Origin: the human T2T-CHM13v2.0 reference genome, Homo sapiens
DNA length: 64,000 nucleotides
Assembly: GCF_009914755.1 (NCBI RefSeq)
Contig: NC_060927.1
Strand: one strand, 5' to 3'
This document shows, piece after piece, positions 14,731-27,625 of the stretch. The position numbers were made by a program, and so were the translations under genes. The notes below the pieces were generated by a model. The model saw only the letters and a list, made by a program, of their open reading frames with translations, ran no database searches and was not told where the DNA came from. Position 1 is the stretch's first letter; every line of letters starts with the position of its first letter.

Positions 14731-15362
14731 TGATATAGGAGTTAGGAATAAATTACTTAGCCAGATAGTGAAGGTACGGTGGTCCTCAGTGAGGTTTTCC
14801 TTTTAATGAAAAGCAACCCCCAAATCATTTTCTTTTCTAATACAGAGCAGCCTGTAAAACTGAGCTGCAGATAATCAAGCTGGAAGCTCGCACGAGTGAA
14901 TACCAGCAGTTGGGCCAACACGGAAAGGTTACATGGGACTAGGCATGTTCAAAATGGCAGCCCCCTCTTCTCTTCTCTTGGTCAAACCAGGTGTAGAGTG
15001 AGAAGACAATATGGCGCTGGCCAGGCAAAGACCCTGTTTGCATAATAAGATTAGAGTGGGGCAACCAGCCCTCCCCACAGTGCTGTGTAAACGTCACACC
15101 TGACGGAACCAATCTGTGGGCCCTGTGTAAATCAGACACTGCCTCCTCAAGCCTGCCTATAAAATCTAGTGCAGTCTACCCAGGCCAGATTCTCCTTTCA
15201 GAAGCTCCTCTCTCTAAAAAGGGAGAGAGCTGTTCTCCTTTCTCCTTCTTCTGCCTATTAAACCTCTGCTCCTAAACTCACTCCTCATGTGTGCCCGTGT
15301 CATTAATTTTCATGGTGCTATGAGGAACCCCAGGTATTTACCCCAGACAGTGATGTGCTTCA
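14731..15362 (+). mobile_element. ERV1 solo LTR (LTR9-like) inserted into a MIR
   Basis: TGATA…TTCA ends, 4-bp TSD agag/atag, CCAAT 15109, TATAAAA 15158, ATTAAA 15257; MIR sequence is continuous across both flanks. Confidence 0.8.
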
Positions 15363-15789
15363 ATAGTAAAAATAGTACTCTACTCACTGGATTATGTTGA
15401 GGATTACAGGAGACAGGACATTTGAAACACTGAGTATAGCATAGGTATTAAATAAATTTAAGTTAACTAACAGGGGGAAGGAAGTATTGTCTAAATTCAG
15501 GTGACTAAATAAAGAGATTACTGAGGGCAATGACAAAGACAAGGAGATGATAAGGAGAAACTGGAGGCTTCTATTAAATACAGTCTATAAGATTTGAGGT
15601 ATGACTAGAGTATAAGGTATAGAGTATAAGGATGTCATGAGAACTGTGCATTCCAACTTGCAGCCCTGCGTGGATATGTACCATCTATTGACACTGGGAA
15701 TCTAGGCAGACAAGCATGTTTTGGGTAAAGAAAGTAATTCCATTTGGAATATGTTAAACTGGAGATCACCGTGTAATGTATATGCCAAA

Positions 15790-15949
15790 CCTACAGAGCA
15801 CTTACTCTAGGTCAGGTACTACCTACCGAGCATTTACTCTGGGTCAGGTACCACCTACGGAGCGTTTACTCTGGGTCAGGTACCGCCTGCAGAGCATTCA
15901 CTCCGGGTCAGGTACCGCCTGCTGAGTATTTACTCTGGGTCAGGCACTC
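15790..15949. repeat. Minisatellite, 5 x 32 bp (cctacagagcatttactctgggtcaggtacca)
   Basis: Unit starts at 15790, 15822, 15854, 15886, 15918. Confidence 0.95.
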
Positions 15950-17179
15950 TGCTTTACACTTAGAGGGGCAGAGAACAATTTATATAAAGGGAAGATGTAA
16001 GTGATGCAACAATCATTCTTCAAGGGGTTTCACTCTAAAAGGAGAAATAAATACACACAGATTAATATCAAAATGGCAGATTTAGAATTTACTTTGAACC
16101 TTTGCATTCTGACTTCTGTACCCTATGTCTATGGTTGTAAACGGTGATCCTCATAGGTTTTTTGCAAGATAACCAAAGTGTATTTTCTAAGTTAAATCCT
16201 CCTGGTTGCTTCTGTCTGCTGCGAAACCCTGAATACTTGACCTGGCCTATCAGGTCCTAATTACCTCTCCTGGCTCATCCAGTATCATTCACCACCCCAC
16301 TCGACCATCAGTCCTTGAATTCACTCACGATGTTCTTGTAGTTTGTTACACCAGTGGTCCTCATACATTTTTTTGCCCTGCATGCCTTGCAATAAAACTT
16401 TTTGAGCATGCAATCCTAATATACTATATATTTATTTATAGCACACTTTATATGCAAATGCTGCTGAACTAATATTGTATGTGTCTTATAAGACTACAGA
16501 AAATAATCATATTAAAGGTTGAAATAAATAAATGTAAGTAGAAGTTCTAACACTCAATGAATATATGGTTTTTGAGACTACTATTTTAACTATGCTGAAC
16601 TTCTCCCTCAAGGCTGCACACGCTGTTCTCCTCTGCCTAGAAGCTCTTGCTTTGTGAGTAAGATTAATTCCTGCTCATCTTTGAGTTTAAATGTGACTTC
16701 TTCAGTCTGCCCCATCCATCCCGGTCTACATTAAATGCCCAATTAGGTATTTTTCTAGCACTTGGTAGTTTCCCTCCCCACAACATTTATCATAATTGTA
16801 ACTTAATCTGTATGTGATTTTTGGTTAACGTCTGTTTCCCCACTACACTTCAAGAGAACCATTTGCTTAGGGTACCTTACACACTATTGCATCCCCTACC
16901 TCGTTGGTTATTCAGTCCCACCCACTTTTTTAACGAGTTTTGATGACTAAAACTAATGTCATGCACTTTACAACATCATTACCCTTTATTCAGTATCACC
17001 TTGTGTTCCCCCACGACAAGATCACCAAAGCTTCTGCAATGCAAGGAAATCATGTATAAGGCATTCTTTCAGCTTTTTCTCCTATAGAGACTTTGAGTTA
17101 GAAACTAGTGAAATAATAATTCTGTGCAAATAATTCTAATAATTACTTTTATGGAAGCATTAAATCTAGGGCGGTATAC

Positions 17180-17400
17180 CACAACAGATAAGAGTAAGGG
17201 CTCTGGAGCTCTGATTGCCTGGGTCAAAATCTGGGTAGCAGAACTTAGGAGCTGTATGACTGTGTATGTCACTTAACCTCTCCCTGTTCAGCTGCCTCAC
17301 TTCTAGAGCTGGTATTATGGGGTTACTTTTGGAGTACATTATTATGTCTAAAATACTCAGAGATGTGTCTAAAAATAGAAATCACTCAATAAAAGTTCAC
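17180..17400 (+). mobile_element. MIR
   Basis: ggctctggag…gattgcctgggtcaaaatc…gctgtatgact…tcacttaacctctc MIR core. Confidence 0.65.
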
Positions 17401-18306
17401 CATTATTAATATACACTAAACAGCCTATTCCATAAATATCTGGAGTTTCGATTTAATTATATATCAACAGCAGCTTCACTTTGCGTGTATAATCCCCATC
17501 CAAACTTTCCGATCATGGATATGTAAAGCACTTTAAAAGGTAGTCTAAAAAATTAATGTAAAGAAGTTACATGGTATTTACATTTCAAAAACTGGGTAAA
17601 GCACATTTGAACTCATTGTGAATACAAGCCATTCCCTGGGCTGTGACATGGGGACATTTTATTAAAAGAAGCAGAGAACTTTATTTATTGCTCATTTCTC
17701 TTCATGGTTCACAGCTTGTAATGATTTGAACCAACAAAATATCTATTATCAGTGTGTATGCATAAGCATATAGTAAGTATGAAAGATATATATTCTAGTA
17801 TTAAAGTCTCCCTTTTCTTTCTTGCTCATAATTGACGCGCTCTTTCTGAAGAGGAGTTTGCAGTGGTCCGAACAAAGATCACGATATAAAAATAAATTAT
17901 AGTATGTATCCCTTGGTGCCTCACTCATAAATTATTTCTCTCCACTGATGCTCTTTCATATTCAGTGGTAGATTTAAAATTTCCTTCCTCGATATTATTC
18001 ATACAGGACATTGTAGTTAAAGAGCTTGCCTTTTATAGCTGACAGGCTAGTAGAGTCCAAGCTTCAGATGAGGGAGGAGGGGTGAAAACAGGGACCCTGT
18101 CTTCTTCCTTTCCCTATTTACTGTCACTCATTACATGCTTTTGACATGACTTCTATCAACATTATCAATGAGTGATCTGGGGAGTGGAAAAAGAGGAAAA
18201 AAGACCGTGGAAGAAAAGTTGAAGAGGATACAATACGATTGCAATTCCTATCCCTTTAACAGGGACTCTGTGCTCCAACTCTGCCTGTTTCATGTTTAAT
18301 TTGGAA

Positions 18307-18460
18307 GCAATTGTTCTCAACAGAGGTCACACATTTCATCATTTGAGAACTTTAAAAAATGATCATGGCTGAGATACTGATATATTTATTCTTCTTAAAA
18401 CTTTTTCAAGTTCCCCCGGTAATTCTAACTTATAGCCAAAATTGAGAACCACTACTCTAA
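18307..18460. mobile_element. MER5A-like hAT-Charlie DNA transposon
   Basis: Imperfect terminal inverted repeats gcaattgttctcaa…ttgagaaccactac; internal ttcccccggtaattctaa. Confidence 0.65.
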
Positions 18461-19224
18461 ATCATCAGATCCATTCAGTGAATTCAATCAATTCAGTCCA
18501 ATGAAATGCAGTCAGTTATAGAAATGCAGACGACCTATAGAACAGAGGTACTCCTGGGGTTGGAGAAATGCAGGATAGGTATAGAACAAGTCTGGGCCTG
18601 AGAAGAGTGACCTGAAGCCAATGCACAAGCTATCCCGTGTTGTGAGGCTAGGAACAAGAGGTGCGCCGGGATAAGAAAATGAACAGGTTTCTGGAGAGTG
18701 CATTCTAGTACCTAATTTGAGCAAACATTTCAAAAGTCACAAGAGGTGGGCAGCAGGAGCCATAAAAATGAAAATCAAAGTATAATAATAAGCTCAATAC
18801 TGAGATCACAGACAAAAACCAGGAAATCCAATGGAACTGAAAAAAATGATAAGACAATAAGCTTAACTAATCTAGGCAGAAAGCTTTCTGAGCCAGGTAA
18901 GGACATTTTGAAACAGAGGCCGTGCTTCTGAATCACTTAGTCTAAGGGTTTGAGCAATACAGAATCTGTAGGCAGAAAATGGCTAGAGGAATACTTTCCT
19001 AAATCTGGTTTCTTAAATTATTTTGCAGTCAAAATGTCAGAGGTATTTGAACTAGAGTGACTCTCTCTTGAATAGGGGTTGGATAAAATAAGGCTGAGAC
19101 CTACTGAGTTGTATTCCCAGGAGGATGGGCATTCTAAGTCATAGGATGAAATAGGAGGTCAGTGCAAGATACAGGTCATAAAGACCTTGCTGATAAAATA
19201 GGTTGCAGTAAAGAAGCCAGTCAA

Positions 19225-19500
19225 GGCTGGGCATGGTGGCTCATGCCTATAATCCCAGCACTCTGGAGGCCCAGGTCAGCAGATCATTTGAGGTCAGACA
19301 TTCGAGACCAGCCTGGCCAACATGGTGAAACCCCGTCTCTACTAAAAATACAAACATATATATATATATATATATAAAATTAGCCCAGTGTGGTGGCGGC
19401 TTGCACCTGTAGTCCCAGCTACTTGGGATGCTGAGGAGGAAAATCGCTTGAACCCAGGAAGCAGACAGAGGGAGATCACATCTCAAAAAAATAAATACAT
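19225..19500 (+). mobile_element. AluS with (AT)n-expanded linker and ~45-bp right-arm deletion
   Basis: Left and right arms present; gaacccaggaagcaga joins directly to cagagggagatc; degenerate TSD aagaagccagtcaa / aaaagctggccaa. Confidence 0.9.
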
Positions 19501-19695
19501 AAAAGCTGGCCAAATCCCACTAAAACCAAGATGGCAATGAGAGTAACCTCTGGTCATCCTCACTGCTTATTATATACCAATTATAATACATTAGCATGCT
19601 AAAAAACACTCCTACCAACCCCATAACAGTTTACAAATACCATGGCAATGCCCGGAAGTTACTCTGTATGCTGTAAGATGGGGAGGAAACCTCAG

Positions 19696-19725
19696 TTCCA
19701 GGAACTGCCCATCACTTTCTTAGAA
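19696..19725. promoter_or_regulatory. Tandem GAS (STAT) motifs within MER41B
   Basis: TTCCAGGAA (19696-19704) and TTCTTAGAA (19717-19725) both fit TTCN3GAA; motif match only. Confidence 0.5.
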
Positions 19726-20525
19726 AACTCATGAATACTTCGTTTATTCATTTACCCTTATTTAGCATATAATCAAGAAATAACCATAAGTATACTCAGT
19801 TGGCAGTCCATGCCACTGCTCTGCCTATGGAGTAGCCATCCTTTTGTTTCTTTACTTTCTTAATAAACTTGCTTTCACTTTACAATATGAACTCATCCCA
19901 AATTCTTTCTTGCACAAGGCCCAAGAATCCTCTTTTGAAGTCTGGATCAGACCCCTTTCTGGTAATAAAAACATCCATATAATTGATTATGTCTTAGCCT
20001 AAATACACTAGCTAACAAAATGTTTGGCATTAAGTGAACAATAGACCCTTCAGTGAACTTAATTCTTCCTTGATTAACTTGAGAACCCGATCGGCAACTC
20101 TTCTTATAATGTCAAGAATTAAGCAGATTCATGAGAAATGGACAATAATATCACTTAAGAATTGGCAAGTAAAAAACAGAATATTTGTTCTTTGATGTTA
20201 TCAACAACACGCAGGACATAAAGAATTTATAATATGCTTTGTGACTGTTTATTGTAAGTGAATAGCTGCTTTGAACTATAGAAAGTTACTAATAGTATAA
20301 AAATCATAACTCTACAGTGTCACATAAAAGAGGCAATGTAAAGAAAATAAAGACATTATAAGAGAAAGAGCTCACAATTTTTAAGAACTTCGTTATTAAA
20401 CAAAGATAATGATAGAAGAAAGACTGAATCAGTAATCTAAAATATTAGTAAATAATGTTATCCCCCTGGTTAGAGGTAACAATAAAGCTCCCTTTCAAAT
20501 CTCATGAGTTTTCATTTAATTTTAC

Positions 20526-21037
20526 TAAGGGATACAATAGACGGCAAGAGCAGATACTGCAGCTGTAAGGGATACAATAGACGGCAAGAGCAGATACGCA
20601 GCTGTAAGGGATACAATAGGCGGCAAGAGCAGATACTGCAGCTGTAAGGGATACAATAGACGGCAAGAGCAGATACGCAGCTGTAAGGGATACAATAGGC
20701 GGCAAGAGCAGATACTGCAGCTGTAAGGGATACAATAGACGGCAAGAGCAGATACGCAGCTGTAAGGGATACAATAGACGGCAAGAGCAGATACTGCAGC
20801 TGTAAGGGATACAATAGACGGCAAGAGCAGATACGCAGCTGTAAGGGATACAATAGACGGCAAGAGCAGATATGCAGCTGTAAGGGATACAATAGACGGC
20901 AAGAGCAGATACTGCAGCTGTAAGGGATACAATAGACGGCAAGAGCAGATACGCAGCTGTAAGGGATACAATAGGCGGCAAGAGCAGATACGCAGCTGTA
21001 AGGGATACAATAGGCGGCAAGAGCAGATACGCAGCTG
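20526..21037. repeat. VNTR, 13 units of 39/40 bp (taagggatacaatagRcggcaagagcagatac(t)gcagctg)
   Basis: Unit lengths 40,39,40,39,40,39,40,39,39,40,39,39,39 = 512 bp. Confidence 0.98.
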
Positions 21038-21083
21038 TTTATCCAAACTCTTCCTTCCCACACCCTTGCCAGTAGTTGCACCC

Positions 21084-21439
21084 TGATACGGTTTGGCTGT
21101 GTCCCCACTCAAATCTCATCTTGAATTGTAGCTCCCATAATCCCACGTGTTGTGGGAGAGACCTGGTGGGAGGTAATTGAATCATGGGGTAAGTTTTTCC
21201 CACGCTGTTCTTGTGATCGTGAATACGTCTCACAAGATCTGGTGGTTTTATAAAAGGCAATTCCCCTGCACATGTTCTCTTGCCTGCCATTATTTAAGAT
21301 GTGCCTTTGCCCCTCCTTCACCTTCTGCCAAGAGGCTGCCCCAGCCATGTGGAACTGTGAGTCCATTAAATCTCTTTTTCTTTATAAATTACCCAGTCTC
21401 GGGCATTTCTTCATAGCAGTATGAAAACAGACTAATACA
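21084..21439 (+). mobile_element. THE1B/C-like MaLR solo LTR
   Basis: tgatacggtttggctgtgtcccc…gactaataca; 5-bp TSD caccc/caacc. Confidence 0.92.
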
Positions 21440-24394
21440 CAACCTCACCTCCCAGCCTCACCACTATGTTTCAGAAGTTGACCACCCCTTTGGAACAAAG
21501 TCAGGATTGGTCTAGGCCAATCATGATGCTCACAACTCTATGTGGCACTTTGAACGGATGCTGCCATATCACTACCAGCTTCAGGATAAAGGCAATAGAT
21601 GGAGGACTGGAGAGTAAGAGAACTACAAAGAGCATGAGATGGAGCCCAGCTTAATGATAATGGAAGCTAACAAATGCTTTACTTACAAAATGTGACATAA
21701 AGAATGGAATTTTGCAATGAAAATCATATACAATTATGTGTCAAGGTTATTAAAGATTCATCATTTAAAGCTGATACTTTAAGGACTGTTGTGAATGGCT
21801 GCAAAATATTAGGTTAAATTATCACTTGTCTTTGGAGACCCATGATTTATCCACTGAGGCTGAAGAATTAGAATAAAATAGTAAGAAAAGTCACACCATT
21901 GGGGTGTGGTGGCTCCTTACAGGAGTGTTGGGTAAAGATCTAAAAGCAAGAGATGGGCTCAGACTGAAGATGACCCACCTGAAAGCAGAAAGGCAAAATC
22001 ATAGAGCTTTTGAAAGTGAAAACTTTCTTCCTCTATACCTCCCCACACACACACAAAAATGAAAATTGTCTGAGAATATAATCTTTAGAGTCCCATAGAG
22101 TTTTTTTTAAAAGGCAGTCTTGTCTAGTTCAAGGTAAAGACAGTGCAGAAACAGGGTAATACCAAAGGCTTGTTCTTTAAAATGGTTTATAGAATGATCA
22201 AAATTTGGCAAGTCTTATTCAAGACAAAAAGAAACAAGTTGCAAAAAAATTATAATGAATGAAAAAGTGAGCATATTTAAATATAGGAGCAATTTAAAAC
22301 TCTGACAATGAAATACAATCTATGACAAAGACAACATGACGTATTATTTATGACGCAGTCTATAAATTTAGATGACATGAATGATTGAGGCTATTTGTTG
22401 TTTTAAAAGGCTTAAAAACACATAGGTAAGATAAATTGATCAATAGCGAATTTAAAATATTAAGAAACATAGTAGCATCTACCTCTGAAAATTGCATCAT
22501 ATCTAAATTGACAATATGCTAAACAGTTGTTAAACAAAATTCCCACATTATATAAACTTTTTAGACCATACATGAATACATAATCCTCCAAGTTCATTTT
22601 ACAGAAATGGAAAAAGGAAAAAAGCCACTTGTAGACAAAACAGAGGAAAGACAGCAGAATAAACAAATGTATAGGCCAATCTCACTAATGAACACAAACG
22701 TTATGTATTCTAATTAAAATATTAGCAAATAAATTCCTACAGAGCCAGAAAATAATAATATATCATCACTAAGTGTGATCTGTTCAAGAAATGCAGGGTT
22801 TGTTCAGCACTAGAAAATCTACCAAGTGAATTTACTACATTAAATACCTAAATGGGAGAAAAAAATAAGATTATATTCAAAAGCTGTTTTATAAAATGTA
22901 TCACCAAATCCTGATTTTAAAAATTAAGAAGTAAAACTTTTACCATACTAGAAATAGAATGGAACTTCCTTGATAGCTATCAGAAAACTATAGAGCAAGC
23001 ATCTCATTGAGTAAACATTGGAAATACTCTCTTTAAAATCAGTAACGAGAAAAAAGTACTTACTATCACATTGTTAATAAGCATTGTATACAGCCCCTAA
23101 TCAATTCACCAAGTCAAGAAATAAAAAATTGTACAAATATTGGAAACAAGTAATAAGAAATAAATTGTATACTTTATTTGTTGGAAAGGATAAAGAAAAT
23201 CCCATTACTTTTAGAAAACAGCAAAGATGAAATTTTCTATGCTTTATTGCATGCTAGCAATGATAGAACATATAATAGATGATAAGATCTGCTTCACAGT
23301 AGCCACAAAACTATAAAATGCATAAAGATGACCCTAATAAAAATATGTATAAAGCCTATAGGAAAAAAACTATAAAATTTTACAGAAGGACATAAAAGAA
23401 GATTTGAATAAAATGTGAACTCAGCCGTAATCAGAATAGGATGACTCAATATTGTAAAGTTAAGAATACTCCCCCAAATTAATCTGTAAATCTACCACAA
23501 TGTAGTAAAAAATTCTATTAATATTATTCATGAAACTCAAAATGCTTCTTATAAATTTCATTTAGAAGGGGAAACATGCCAAGAGAAGTTTGTATAAGAC
23601 AAATGGGGAAGGAAGAGAGAGATTTGCCTACTATATTTTAAAACTTATAAAAATATAATAATTAAGAAAATGTAATATTGGTATAAAAATAGAAAAAGAG
23701 ATCCTGGTTCAACAACAAACCCATGGGAATTTAGTGCATGGAAGAGTAGAATTTTGAATTGTTGAGAAAAGGATGCACTAGCAACAAACAGTGCTGGATA
23801 AATTGTCTACCAATAAGAAGAAAGAAAATTAAATTCTTACCTTCCATAATTTACAAAAATAAATTCAATTATATATAAATTTCAAAATGTAAGAAACAAA
23901 GTTACGAATATATTAGAAGAAAATATAGAAATATAAGAACACATTGTTGTGATTTAATGTTAAAATAGGAAAGGTCTTCTCAAAGAAGACATAAATACAT
24001 GTGTATAAATATAAAATATCACACAAATGTCATAAGAAATGAATCAATAAGTTTAACTATGTGATATTTAAATCATTCTACCATAAAAGACGTTAAACCA
24101 TGTTAAAGGCAACAGTAGTAGAGGAAATAATATTTGTAAAAATATATACATATTTTTGTATAAGTATCTTTGGGTGATTATGTGTGTGGGGGGTACATAT
24201 ACAAATGTATGTTTATACGTAATGTATATGTTTACTGTTTAAATACAGGTCATGTATATTCATCTTGTGTGCGTATATATATTTATGCACATATAAATCA
24301 ATCAAAACTACAAAAAATCCAAAAGAATAATGGGTAAAAGATTTGAACAGACAAATCAAAGAGTTAGAAAAACAAACAAAAGATATTTAACTTT

Positions 24395-24885
<491 letters not shown>

Positions 24886-26859
24886 TTATATTTCCTACTA
24901 AATGGGCAAAAATTAAAAGTTTAATATCACATTTTACCATAGATATGAGGAAAGTTCTATCTAAGGGATCTCCTTTGGCAATATATTAAAACTTTAAATA
25001 TACGTCACTTTTTACTGCAATTTCATTTCTTACGGAGTATTACAGATATCCCACATTTACCCAAGTGAACATGGAAGCATGGATGTGACACAACGAACAG
25101 AAAATAATACTGCAGTTTAACAGGAAGGAAAGTTTTCCAAACATATTACATTAACAAATAAGTTTGTAGAACAATATATACAGAACCTCTGATTTTTATA
25201 AGAATGTATGTATATATACATTTATGTAAATATGCAGCCATGTAATGTACCCCTTTTCTCTATCACTCTTGTCAATTTAGCCTGAAATATATTCCTCATC
25301 ACATGTTCCTTTGAGATTTTTATCTTTCTATTTGCTTACTATCCAATGACTCTCTCTTCTGACCAGAATATAGGTTCCATGACAGCAGGATTTATATTAA
25401 TTTCATCACTGATATCCCCTCAGTACCTGGAATAGCAGTTGACTCATAAGAGGCCCAGCAAGGGTTTTTCAAATAAATGCAAAAAGTTATATGGCATTAA
25501 TTAACTAATTGATTACACAGCTGGTGAGCAATTAGGATTGGTGACACTGTAATGAAATATTTGTGGTTATGCTCAATAAAACCCCAATGTCTATTAACAT
25601 GCACTTATACTTTTAACCATATATTTACAGATTAGAATATATGAATACTCATTACACGCTCTTTGGGCACTAGAACTTGTAGTAGCCTTTAGAATAAACA
25701 ATGTATCTATCCATGCTTGGTAAGTACATTTTTTTTTTTTTCAAAACAGCTTATTGGGAAAGAACACAGCTGAAACAAGTGTTTAGAATTACCAAAAAGC
25801 AAAAAGGTGATTTTTTTTCCTAACAAAATGAAAATTCTGGCAAGTGTATAAGATGAAAAAATCATTTTGTTTTACATACTAAGAGAATTGTACTTTTTGA
25901 AAGTCATCAAGCATAAGGAAGTTAATATCAAATTAAGAACAAATGTATCATTGGTCCCTACAGAAGAAATACAGTATGTATTGATGACAAGTATGTTATA
26001 ACTTTGGTGGGGTGGAGGGAAGGATTTCTAAAAAGGATTCAAAGAATTAACACATTTTTTATGATTCCAAGATAAGACTTTGCACTTTTTTTACTTACTG
26101 CCATATATGTGGATTTTGTTGATCTAAAATAATCAACACACATCTTTGTTGAAATATTATCTATTATTCTCTAAAACTGTTCATAATTATCCAGAATAAG
26201 TGATAGTTTGTGTTTTTGCATGTATTACTGACTCTTCCAAAAAGACATGTCTCTTAGATTTCACTAGTATTTTAGGTAATAGCTTTAAGGAATATGTTAC
26301 ATTCTATATTTCAGTTTCTTAGAAATGATGTTAGGTACATAGCACTTACCCTGACTATAAGGATTTGTCGCCATTTGATTATTTTGAGGCCAAGCATTCA
26401 GAATAGCACACCATGCATGCCATGCACCCCTTCTTTTATTTAACTACATTTAAAGGATTCTTACCATTTTTTTCACTTTTTGAAATTATAACTACTTAGT
26501 AGAATGTCTTTATTGCATAAATCTCTGTAATCTTTCCTGGGACTCCTGAAATGCACTGATGTCATCTCCTCAAATAAAGCAGTTAATGAGATGGCAAATC
26601 TTGCTTGCTGATTGCTGTTTTTGTTTATTCTTCAAATAATTTTTAAATACTTTGTTCACCACTTCTTAAGGGATAGTGTTGATTATGTTCTTCAATAAGC
26701 AATGCTTTTATTCTTGCTTTCTAAAAGTGATACAGATGAGCTTTGTTTTAATCTCATTATTATGCCCCTGTAAAACAATTATTTAGAGACTAAGAAGAAG
26801 TAATCTGAAAGGAATTGTGATATTTTCCAAACCTTGGAATTTCTTGTGTTTATTGTAGT

Positions 26860-27070
26860 AATTATAGCTATCATTTATTGTGTGGTTACTATGTACCACA
26901 TATTGTGATAAAAAACTTGCATTTCTTGTGTTTACAGCAATCCTAAGGTAACTATTATTAAATATTGCTACCCCTATTTTGTAGATGAAGAAATGAGGTA
27001 CAGAGAGGTTAACTGACTCTCCTATGGAATTACAGCCAGCTAGAGGTGGAATCAAGATGTTATCCAATTC
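26860..27070 (-). mobile_element. MIR
   Basis: cctattttgtagatgaagaaatgaggtacagagaggttaactgact core. Confidence 0.75.
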
Positions 27071-27603
27071 TATGATAGAATTGTAACAGTATTGCTCAAA
27101 AGAAGAGTGTTTCTGTGGCAAATTAGCTTGAAGAAAGTGTGGAAATTCTATGTCTGGGTGGAGGTTTGAGCGGATTATGATCTTTTAAAACTAGGGAGGA
27201 ACTTGTCAGTTCACACTGAACTCTACCATCGTTTTTGTATAATCAGCTGTTGAGTTTTACTTTCTTTAGCTTAGAGATGCACAAAACTTCCCAAAGATGG
27301 TAATCACTTCTAGCTATGAGTCATTTCTCTCACCTTCTGCAGGAACTAAAGAAACTCTTGTCATAATTGCTTGTCATAATTTCTTGCCATTCATAAAAAG
27401 CCAATAATGCATTTTTGTTTTACTTAATACATTTTACTTTACAGTTTATAAAGCACAAGCAGTGTGCAAAATGCAGGGAATGCTTAGGTACGAGGTCTAG
27501 CACCGCCCTCAAAGTAGTTCACAATCAAGTGGAGAAGAAAGACCTATGCACAAATAATGCAGAAGAATAAACAAAGTCAAGGTGAATTTCAGTCAAGTGG
27601 AGG

Positions 27604-27625
27604 GTGTGTGTGTGTGTGTGTGTGT
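27604..27625. repeat. (TG)n microsatellite
   Basis: Read directly from the sequence. Confidence 0.9.

Larger units (their letters stand above)
19035..19967 (+). mobile_element. MER41B-like ERV1 solo LTR interrupted by an Alu
   Basis: tgtcagaggtatttgaac start, ctggtaata end, aaaa/aaaa TSD, aaaaccaagatggc, cccggaagttac, aataaacttgctttcactt. Confidence 0.88.

Noticed and set aside
20502-21112. Three overlapping 172-198 aa minus-strand ORFs and a CRISPR-like appearance
   Set aside because: The ORFs arise because the 39/40-bp unit has no minus-strand stops and shifts frame. The units abut with no unique spacers and there are no cas genes, so this is a eukaryotic VNTR.
21330-21350. PRDM9 hotspot motif associated with THE1B
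   Set aside because: This copy reads ggctgccccagccat, which does not fit CCNCCNTNNCCNC.
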